A stretch of DNA of 64,000 nucleotides from a virus (taxonomy: Duplodnaviria > Caudoviricetes), in IMG/VR virus record IMGVR_UViG_3300037483_000378, positions 16,503-80,502 of that record. One strand, 5' to 3'. Position numbers and translations under genes: made by a program. Within the stretch, counting starts at the first letter, position 1. The number at the start of each line of letters is the position of its first letter. Below are positions 1 to 5,609 of the stretch, in pieces. Under the pieces are notes generated by a model that was not told where the DNA came from, did no database searches, and saw only the letters and a program-made list of their open reading frames with translations.

Positions 1-45
1 GATGGACACCTCGTGGTTCGGCGTGCTGGGCGAGTACGAGTCCAT
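1..45 (-). CDS. partial hypothetical protein (runs off window start)
   Basis: ATG at 45 with AGGAG RBS; MDSYSPSTPNHEVSI, open to edge. Confidence 0.4.
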   Translation of the reverse strand, partial: MDSYSPSTPNHEVSI

Positions 46-255
46 GGTGATGCTCCTTTGGTTTTGCGCCGCTCATCGGCGGCAGTGAAGTAGTCAGCCG
101 ATCCCGTTCCTACGCTGCGCGTCAGCCAGCGCGCGTCGTCGTCGTGCTCATGGTGTTTCCTCTCCGCTTCGGGAGTCGTGATCGCCGGGGCCGCCCCCCG
201 GTAGGGCCGTACCTGCTAAGGAGCGGCAGGGGGTCGAACCCTGCCGCCCGATGAA

Positions 256-588
256 CTACGCGGACGCGAGCCTGCCGCCGCGCTCGCTGAACGCTACCCA
301 CTCCGGCCCCTTCGCGTGCGACCGCTTCCGATCGTACGTGCCGAAGTGCGCGCCCCACGTCCCGCCGTCGCGGCGGGTCAGCCAGAGGCACCGCCCTTCG
401 ATCGGCCAGTGGTAGGAGTTCGGCACCCAGCCGTCGAGGTAGATCGTCACTCTCACGATGCGCTGGTCCTTGGCGATGGCGGCCCAAAGCCCAACGCTGG
501 CCACCGGCTCCACTGCCTCCGCTTCTCCGATGATGAGCAGTCGCGCCGTCACCGTTGCCGTTGCCTGCCTCTGCGTTGTCGCGTTCAT
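256..588 (-). CDS. hypothetical protein (110 aa)
   Basis: ATG 588 preceded by GAGGAG; MNATTQRQAT...; C-terminal part of ORF 256..987. Confidence 0.6.
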   Translation of the reverse strand: MNATTQRQATATVTARLLIIGEAEAVEPVASVGLWAAIAKDQRIVRVTIYLDGWVPNSYHWPIEGRCLWLTRRDGGTWGAHFGTYDRKRSHAKGPEWVAFSERGGRLASA

Positions 589-629
589 CGTCTGCTCCTC
601 GTTGTGCCGCTCATTGGCGGCGTTGAACC

Positions 630-656
630 AAAAAGGACGCGCGCGGGTGCACGCGT
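630..656 (-). terminator. putative intrinsic terminator
   Basis: minus strand ACGCGTG-loop-CGCGCGT followed by CCTTTTT. Confidence 0.55.
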
Positions 657-665
657 ATAAAGGTA

Positions 666-741
666 TGCGGGCTGGAGGGAGTCGAACCCTCATGCCGGGA
701 ACCGCCCTGGGCTCCCTGGCCGCCTCCGCAGGCCAGCCCGC
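666..741 (-). ncRNA. tRNA-like RNA, 8-bp acceptor stem, no canonical anticodon loop
   Basis: GCGGGCTG/CAGCCCGC-A acceptor; T-arm GAGGG-TTCGACT-CCCTC; stem GGAGCC/GGTTCC with 6-nt loop CAGGGC. Confidence 0.55.
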
Positions 742-1389
742 TGAAATCTCTCCCTCTGTTCGCCCGCTGCCGCTGTCGGTCCGGTCCGTGTGGTGCGCCG
801 TTTTCCCCCTCGCCGCCTCCGTTGCGCTTGTGTGGCTCATTGGCCGCGCGGGCTGTCGCGATTCGTGTGGTGGGGATAGGTCGCCGGGTCCGGCTGTCGC
901 CGTGGCGTGCGGGCTCCGTCGGGAGTCCCGTGTACCTCTACCGTGCCGCCTCCGCTTCTGCTGCGCCGAACTCCGAAGGCTCATCACCTTCGGCTACTCG
1001 GCGCCTGACGCTTCCTCGCGTGGGGCTCTTCGGTGCCACCGTGTCACGCTGTCGCCGCTTCTTTTGGGGCGCGGCCTCGAAGGCTCTCGAATCCGCCCGG
1101 GGCGTTTGCGTCGGTGGTCTTGTCGTGAGGTTCGCTGCGTACGCAGCGCCGAGTCTCCTGCCCTCGGTCTTGGCCGGTGCCAGCCTATTGGGTCCCGTCC
1201 GACCCTCACCGCCCTGTTTCGCTCGGGCGGCCAGCGGCGGGGTTCCTCTCGTCCGGCATCCCTGGCCGGGGGTCCCGCTTCCTGCCTACAATAATAATGG
1301 GGGCGCCCCCCAATAGCTAGCCCCATAATCACATTGCGCCGCAACGACTTACGGTCATCGGCCTTTCGCGGAAGTGCCGCATAGGCACG

Positions 1390-1426
1390 AAAAGGTGGCC
1401 ACGGCCCCCTATAGTAGTAGGCCACC
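1390..1426 (-). terminator. putative terminator downstream of tRNA array
   Basis: GGTGGCC...GGCCACC stem (19-nt loop) followed by TTTT. Confidence 0.4.
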
Positions 1427-1458
1427 GCCCCGGACGGGCCTGGACCACCTGGTCACCA

Positions 1459-1532
1459 TCGGGGCGGCCGGACTCGAACCGGCGACCCTCTGCTCCCAAA
1501 GCAGATGCGCTGCCCAACTGCGCCACGCCCCG
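1459..1532 (-). tRNA. tRNA-Pro(TGG)
   Basis: full cloverleaf; TCTGC-TT TGG GA-GCAGA. Confidence 0.95.
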
Positions 1533-1540
1533 TCTTTCCA

Positions 1541-1622
1541 TGCGAGCGGGGGGACTCGAACCCCCATGGCCATCGGCCACGAGCTTCTAAGGCTCGCGCG
1601 TCTGCCGTTTCGCCACGCTCGC
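1541..1622 (-). tRNA. tRNA-Leu(TAG)
   Basis: class II cloverleaf; CGAGC-CT TAG AA-GCTCG. Confidence 0.95.
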
Positions 1623-1628
1623 GCGCTC

Positions 1629-1648
1629 ACTCGGGTTTCGTGGTAAGG
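1629..1648 (+). repeat. 20-bp inverted repeat, left copy
   Basis: ACTCGGGTTTCGTGGTAAGG; exact reverse complement at 5452-5471. Confidence 0.9.
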
Positions 1649-1654
1649 GGAAGA

Positions 1655-1728
1655 TGCCCTCGGCCGGACTCGAACCGGCTGCCTCGCGCTTAGGGGGCGC
1701 GCGCTCTGTCCGGTTGAGCTACGAAGGC
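1655..1728 (-). tRNA. tRNA-Arg(CCT)
   Basis: cloverleaf; CGCGC-CC CCT AA-GCGCG (C33); 5' end overlaps the HNH ORF end. Confidence 0.9.
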
Positions 1729-2321
1729 GTCGGGTCGAACAGCTCCTCGACCGCAGCGCGCGCCTCATCGCCGAGCCGCCCAAGGAATACCTCGGCACGC
1801 GTCATCGCCCGCGGCTTCCGGCGCAGGTACATCCGTGCCTCAGCCGGCGTGCGGTTGTCCTTCCGCGCGTTGCACGTCGAGCAGGCGGTCACGGTGTTCT
1901 CGTACACGTTGCGCCCGCCGCGTGACTCCGGCGTCACGTGGTCGATGGTGAGGAACTCGCCCGCCGCCGTGAGCCGAATCGTCTCCGTGCCGTAGCGCAC
2001 CATGACGTCACGCCGTCCGTGCCCGCGCGCAAGATCGCTCTCGTGCCGCCCGCAGTACATGCAGCGGTGCCCGTCCCGTAGGTAGACGTTCCCGCGCGTC
2101 CAGGACGCGCGACCGAACACCACCCCTGCGAAGTCAGCGAGCGCCTCAAGCACGATCACGACTGGGGCCGGGACGCGCACGCGGCCGTCCGCATTCCGGA
2201 ACACGCGGGTCGGGTGATCCCTCAACGACTGCGCCTTGCCCTCCAAGAGCAGGAGCACCGCGCGGTTGACCGGGATCTCGTCGATCGGCGCGAAGCTCGG
2301 GGCCAATACCAGGGTCTTCAT
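1719..2321 (-). CDS. HNH endonuclease (McrA-like, Zn-binding)
   Basis: RDGHRCMYCG...TIDHVTPESRGG...NTVTACSTCNARKDN motifs. Confidence 0.9.
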   Translation of the reverse strand: MKTLVLAPSFAPIDEIPVNRAVLLLLEGKAQSLRDHPTRVFRNADGRVRVPAPVVIVLEALADFAGVVFGRASWTRGNVYLRDGHRCMYCGRHESDLARGHGRRDVMVRYGTETIRLTAAGEFLTIDHVTPESRGGRNVYENTVTACSTCNARKDNRTPAEARMYLRRKPRAMTRAEVFLGRLGDEARAAVEELFDPTPS

Positions 2322-2385
2322 CTTCGTCTCATCGTGCGATCAGTTGAAGGGTGGAACAGCAGCGCGCACCGTGCGCGCAGGGAAA

Positions 2386-2472
2386 CGGAGCGGGTGGGAT
2401 TCGAACCCACGGGGCGCGAACGCCCTCCGGTTTTCAAGACCGGTGCGATAGGCCGGGCTCTGCCACCGTTCC
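2386..2472 (-). tRNA. tRNA-Ser(TGA)
   Basis: class II; CCGGT-CT TGA AA-ACCGG; G73. Confidence 0.95.
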
Positions 2473-2474
2473 AG

Positions 2475-2545
2475 AGATGCCGCCCGGAGTCGAACCGGGC
2501 CTGACGGGTTTGCAGTCCGTCGCCTCGCCGCTCGGCATCGGCACC
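2475..2545 (-). tRNA. tRNA-Cys(GCA)
   Basis: ACGGA-CT GCA AA-CCCGT; U73. Confidence 0.9.
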
Positions 2546-2552
2546 ACGAACA

Positions 2553-2625
2553 AGCGCGCGACGGGTTTCGAACCCGTGGCCTCGAGCTTGGGAAGCTCGC
2601 GCTCTACCGACTGAGCTACGCGCGC
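2553..2625 (-). tRNA. tRNA-Gly(CCC)
   Basis: CGAGC-TT CCC AA-GCTCG; U73. Confidence 0.95.
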
Positions 2626-2629
2626 GAAG

Positions 2630-2710
2630 TGCGTCCGGCAGGACTCGAACCTGCAAGCCAGAAGGCACTCGCTTTTGAGGCGAGCGCGTAGACCATTCCG
2701 CCACGGACGC
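2630..2710 (-). tRNA. tRNA-Leu(CAA)
   Basis: class II; CTCGC-CT CAA AA-GCGAG. Confidence 0.95.
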
Positions 2711-2716
2711 AAGAAG

Positions 2717-2801
2717 TGCTGGCGGGGAGACTCGAACTCCCACGGGCCGAAGCCCCGAGCGTTTTTAGGACGCCCACGTCTGCCGGTTCCGCCACGCCAG
2801 C
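2717..2801 (-). tRNA. tRNA-Leu(TAA), C33 variant
   Basis: class II; GGCGT-CC TAA AA-ACGCT. Confidence 0.85.
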
Positions 2802-2808
2802 GAAGAAA

Positions 2809-2892
2809 CGGATGGAGCGGGATTCGAACCCGCGCGGGGTCACCCCCAACGCCTTAGCAGGGCGTCGCCTTCAGCCACTCGGCCACCCATCC
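2809..2892 (-). tRNA. tRNA-Ser(GCT)
   Basis: class II; ACGCC-CT GCT AA-GGCGT. Confidence 0.95.
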
Positions 2893-2896
2893 AAAG

Positions 2897-2981
2897 TGCT
2901 CGCGCCCGGATTCGAACCGGGATGCCGTCGCCGGCACGGCGCCCTGAACGCCGCGCGTCTGCCAAGTTTCGCCACGCGAGC
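2897..2981 (-). tRNA. tRNA-Leu(CAG)
   Basis: class II; CGGCG-TT CAG GG-CGCCG. Confidence 0.95.
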
Positions 2982-2983
2982 AA

Positions 2984-3066
2984 TGCGCACGGAGGGATTC
3001 GAACCCTCACGCCTCAATGGCACGGCCCCCTCAAGACCGCGTGTCTACCAGCTCCACCACGTGCGC
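2984..3066 (-). tRNA. tRNA-Leu(GAG)
   Basis: class II; CGGTC-TT GAG GG-GGCCG. Confidence 0.95.
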
Positions 3067-3076
3067 GCATACCCTA

Positions 3077-3150
3077 CGGCCCCGCCCGGACTCGAACCGG
3101 GAACGACGCGGTTCCAAAGACCGCCGCCTCTGCCATTCGGCCACGGGGCT
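3077..3150 (-). tRNA. tRNA-Gln(TTG)
   Basis: GCGGT-CT TTG GA-ACCGC; A1.C72 mismatch, G73. Confidence 0.9.
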
Positions 3151-3164
3151 CCTACTCTGCGAAG

Positions 3165-3239
3165 TCTGGGGGGTGGGATTCGAACCCACGACCTCCGCGT
3201 CCCGAACGCGGCGCGCTGGCCGGACTGCGCTACTCCCAG
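3165..3239 (-). tRNA. tRNA-Pro(CGG)
   Basis: CCGCG-TT CGG GA-CGCGG. Confidence 0.95.
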
Positions 3240-3246
3240 ATGATGA

Positions 3247-3320
3247 TGGGCCCGCCGGGACTCGAACCCGGGACCGTCGCCTTATGAGGGCGCCGCTCTA
3301 CCGGACTGAGCTACGGGCCC
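3247..3320 (-). tRNA. tRNA(CAT), probably Ile2 (lysidine)
   Basis: CT CAT AA loop; C4-G69 and C5-G68 pairs as used by TilS; A73. Confidence 0.8.
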
Positions 3321-3325
3321 GAAAA

Positions 3326-3400
3326 TGCCCAGGGAGGGAATCGAACCCCCGGCCTCCTGCTTGTAAGACAGGCGCTCTCCGCTTGCTGAGCTACCCGGGC
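3326..3400 (-). tRNA. tRNA-Val(TAC)
   Basis: CCTGT-CT TAC AA-GCAGG. Confidence 0.95.
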
Positions 3401-3422
3401 GGTGCTGTCGTGATGAAACCAG

Positions 3423-3497
3423 ACCGAGGAACGGGATTCGAACCCGCGGCCTTCGCCATGGCAAGGCGACGCTCTGGCCGGACTGAGCTATCCTCGG
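3423..3497 (-). tRNA. tRNA-Gly(GCC)
   Basis: TCGCC-TT GCC AT-GGCGA; U73. Confidence 0.9.
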
Positions 3498-3503
3498 AAG
3501 TGA

Positions 3504-3614
3504 GCGTGTTGGGGAACATGCGGCAACGGAGAGCCGGTTGCCCGGCGAGTCCAGGCGATGCCTGGTTGCTTTCGTTATGAGCGAAGTAACCGTCACCTTT
3601 CGCCACCGACACGC
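3504..3614 (-). ncRNA. unassigned multi-stem RNA with CTCATAA loop
   Basis: ends pair (GCGTGT/ACACGC); D-arm-like TGGCGAAAGGTGACG; TTCG-CTCATAA-CGAA; two more hairpins; no T-loop. Confidence 0.5.
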
Positions 3615-3615
3615 A

Positions 3616-3689
3616 TAGCGGGAGAGGGATTTGAACCCTCGACCTTCAGCTTATGAGGCTGACGAGCTACCAGGCTGCTCTATCCCGCT
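3616..3689 (-). tRNA. tRNA-Met(CAT), initiator-like scaffold
   Basis: fMet-type D-arm GAGCAGCCTGGTAGCTC and TTCAAAT T-loop, but A1-U72 and TCAGC/GCTGA anticodon stem. Confidence 0.85.
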
Positions 3690-3695
3690 GATAAA

Positions 3696-3781
3696 TGGAC
3701 CCGGCTGGATTTGAACCAGCGTGCACCACATGGCCTCCCGTTTATCAGACGGGCGCTCTGACCGGACTGAGCTACGGGTCC
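3696..3781 (-). tRNA. tRNA-Ile(GAT) with 16-nt variable region
   Basis: CCCGT-CT GAT AA-ACGGG, then AGGCCATGTGGTGCAC before the T-arm. Confidence 0.85.
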
Positions 3782-3787
3782 AACTGA

Positions 3788-4173
3788 TGGAGGCGGCGGG
3801 AGTCGAACCCGCGTCCGTTCACGCTTCCAAGTCGTGACTTCTAGTGCGATTGTCGCGTTTCGAGTTTCTCACCCAAACTAACGTCCTCGGATGAGGCGGG
3901 GCTCTCGCGGTGCGCCAGACCTACTACCCCTCCGAAGGGTGAGCCCCCTTCAGGTGGCCTCGTCTTTCCGAGTGCCCATCTGGCTGATCGACGTTCTCTA
4001 AGCGACACCAGAATGATCACGAAGAGAACGGGAGACTTACGCTGCCTTGCGGAGCGGCTCCGAGTTGAGATCGCTGTTCGCGTTTCTCGGTTGTCCTAGC
4101 GCGTTAGCGACTGAGCTAGGATCGTCGCGCACATCACTTCCTTTCCACGAAACGTCGAAACCTTTACGCCCCC
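3788..4173 (-). ncRNA. ssrA: tmRNA
   Basis: 5' GGGGGCGTAAAGGTTTCGAC; 3' GGACGCGGGTTCGACTCCCGCCGCCTCCA with G3.U70; tag ORF 4081-4037 ANSDLNSEPLRKAA*. Confidence 0.95.
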
Positions 4174-4198
4174 GTTTTTCATTCCCCCCCCCCAACCA

Positions 4199-4270
4199 TG
4201 GAGCTGGCGGGGATCGAACCCGCGGCGTCCGCCATGCGAAGACGGCGCTCTCCCTCTGAGCTACAGCCCC
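4199..4270 (-). tRNA. tRNA-Ala(CGC)
   Basis: G3.U70; CCGTC-TT CGC AT-GGCGG. Confidence 0.95.
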
Positions 4271-4273
4271 TCA

Positions 4274-4347
4274 AGCCAACGCCCGGCATCGAACCGGGGA
4301 CCTTCCGCTTACAAGGCGGGTGCTCTGCCTAGCTGAGCTACGTTGGC
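4274..4347 (-). tRNA. tRNA-Thr(TGT)
   Basis: CCCGC-CT TGT AA-GCGGA. Confidence 0.95.
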
Positions 4348-4354
4348 GCGTTCT

Positions 4355-4427
4355 GCGCGGAACCGGCGACTGTCCCCTCTTCGGTGTCTTTCGACCGTCC
4401 GGTACGGAATGTCCATCCGGTCCGCGC
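4355..4427 (-). ncRNA. unassigned structured RNA in tRNA array
   Basis: closing helix GCGCGGA-CCGG/CCGG-TTCCGCGC; inner TCCG-TAC-CGGA and TC-GAAA-GA hairpins. Confidence 0.4.
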
Positions 4428-4432
4428 GTATA

Positions 4433-4519
4433 CGGAGCGGGAAGGATTCGAACCTTCGTGCCCACGTGGGGCTCTCGCTTTCGGGGCGAGCGCGTTTGGC
4501 CTGGCTCCGCCACCGCTCC
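4433..4519 (-). tRNA. tRNA-Ser(CGA), C33 variant
   Basis: class II; CTCGC-CC CGA AA-GCGAG; G73. Confidence 0.9.
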
Positions 4520-4526
4520 ATCGAAG

Positions 4527-4599
4527 TTGCCCCACCAGGATTCGAACCTGGAACCTCCGCGTCCAGAGCGCGGCGCGCTGCCAGTTGTGCTATGGGGCA
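4527..4599 (-). tRNA. tRNA-Gln(CTG)
   Basis: U1-A72; CCGCG-CT CTG GA-CGCGG. Confidence 0.95.
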
Positions 4600-4610
4600 A
4601 TGTGAAGAAG

Positions 4611-4686
4611 GGTGACCGACGGGATTTGAACCCGCGATCTCCGGGGCCACGGCCCGGCGCTTTCGGCCGACTAAGCTACGATCACC
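4611..4686 (-). tRNA. tRNA-His(GTG), C33 variant
   Basis: encoded G-1 pairing with C73; CCGGG-CC GTG GC-CCCGG. Confidence 0.9.
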
Positions 4687-4693
4687 ATTGAAG

Positions 4694-4768
4694 TGCGCCC
4701 GGAGGGATTCGAACCCCCGACCTCCTGATCCGTAGTCAGGCGCTCCGTCCAGACTGAGCTACGGGCGC
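4694..4768 (-). tRNA. tRNA-Arg(ACG)
   Basis: CCTGA-CT ACG GA-TCAGG. Confidence 0.95.
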
Positions 4769-4776
4769 AAGGTAGG

Positions 4777-4864
4777 CACGAGACGCGGTCTGACGGAGCC
4801 CCGCCACGGGAGTCGAACCCTGCCGCGCCCCGTGCCATCACGGCCGCCCATGAGACCGACCGTG
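4777..4864 (-). ncRNA. T-arm-containing tRNA mimic (Y-RNA-like candidate)
   Basis: ends pair (CACG/CGTG, CGGTCT/AGACCG); CCGTG-ATGG-CACGG hairpin; GGG-TTCGACT-CCC T-loop. Confidence 0.45.
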
Positions 4865-4868
4865 TAAA

Positions 4869-4941
4869 AGCTGCGAGCGGGAGTTGAACCCACGACCTCC
4901 TGCTTACGGGGCGGCGCTCTCCCGTGCTGAGCTATCGGAGC
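4869..4941 (-). tRNA. degenerate tRNA-Thr(CGT), possible pseudo-tRNA
   Basis: CCGC-CC CGT AA-GCAGG (1 nt short in stem, C33); C.C mismatch in acceptor. Confidence 0.6.
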
Positions 4942-4944
4942 AAG

Positions 4945-5018
4945 TCTGGACGGCGGGACTCGAACCCGCGACCCCTGGTCCCCCAGACCAGTGCGCTACC
5001 GGGCTGCGCCACGTCCAG
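4945..5018 (-). tRNA. tRNA-Pro(GGG)
   Basis: CTGGT-CT GGG GG-ACCAG. Confidence 0.95.
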
Positions 5019-5023
5019 AAGAG

Positions 5024-5096
5024 TACCCCGAGCGCGACTCGAACGCGCGACCTTCTGCTTCGGAGGCAGACGCTCTGTCCGCTGAGCTATCGGGGC
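5024..5096 (-). tRNA. tRNA-Arg(CCG)
   Basis: TCTGC-CT CCG AA-GCAGA. Confidence 0.95.
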
Positions 5097-5103
5097 GAAA
5101 AAA

Positions 5104-5177
5104 CGGGACCGGAAGGAATCGAACCCTCGACCTCTCGTTCTGGAGACGAGCGCTCTACCAGCGTGAGCTACGGACCC
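5104..5177 (-). tRNA. tRNA-Trp(CCA)
   Basis: CTCGT-CT CCA GA-ACGAG; G73. Confidence 0.95.
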
Positions 5178-5181
5178 GAAG

Positions 5182-5256
5182 TGTGCGCGGACGGAGTTGA
5201 ACCGCCGACAACCTGGCTCTTCACGCCAGTGCTCTACCACGCTGAGCTACGCGCAC
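5182..5256 (-). tRNA. tRNA-Phe(GAA)
   Basis: CTGGC-GT GAA GA-GCCAG (G32, G37). Confidence 0.9.
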
Positions 5257-5259
5257 GCA

Positions 5260-5331
5260 TACCCCCACGGGGAATCGAACCCCGGTCGCCACCTTGAAAG
5301 AGTGGTGTCCTGGCCGCTAGACGATGAGGGC
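5260..5331 (-). tRNA. tRNA-Glu(TTC)
   Basis: CCACT-CT TTC AA-GGTGG. Confidence 0.95.
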
Positions 5332-5338
5332 AAAGGCA

Positions 5339-5411
5339 TACCTCCGGGCGGAATTGAACCGCCGTTCCCGCCGTGAGAGGGCAGCGTCCTGGGCCACTAG
5401 ACGACGGAGGC
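5339..5411 (-). tRNA. tRNA-Glu(CTC)
   Basis: CTGCC-CT CTC AC-GGCGG. Confidence 0.95.
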
Positions 5412-5418
5412 ATTGCTG

Positions 5419-5450
5419 GGCATGCCGAGGTGTTCCGGCCTCGGCATGCC
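5419..5450. repeat. perfect 12-bp hairpin at 5' leader of tRNA array
   Basis: GGCATGCCGAGG-N8-CCTCGGCATGCC. Confidence 0.8.
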
Positions 5451-5451
5451 A

Positions 5452-5471
5452 CCTTACCACGAAACCCGAGT
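5452..5471 (-). repeat. 20-bp inverted repeat, right copy (also extended -10-like TGGTAAGGT)
   Basis: CCTTACCACGAAACCCGAGT on plus strand = reverse complement of 1629-1648. Confidence 0.9.
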
Positions 5472-5609
5472 TGTCGATCAGCGCACCCACCTAAGCCAAG
5501 CGCCCCGCCTCCCGTTGCTCGTGGGGGGCGGGGCGCTGGCCCTTCCGCGCTTCCGAGGGTTCGCGCCCGTTACGGCACTCGCCCCCCCCCCGCCATCCCG
5601 GTATTCGGC

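Noticed and set aside
742-1290. RNase P RNA, group I/II intron or hammerhead
   Set aside because: No GAGGAAAGUCC or P4 match, no domain V, and TGATGAG lies in a plain hairpin loop without the CUGAnGA/GAAA core
2717-2801. Amber suppressor (CTA) reading of the Leu tRNA loop
   Set aside because: Stem pairing fixes the 7-nt loop as CC-TAA-AA; the CTA register breaks the stem
4184-4193. Homopolymer C/G tracts (also 5582, 24304, 63982) as phase-variation switches
   Set aside because: Mostly intergenic or in-frame tolerant, and expected at this GC; no evidence without reads
1329-5452. ORFs called across the tRNA array
   Set aside because: They overlap clear tRNA/tmRNA genes; translations are tRNA-derived
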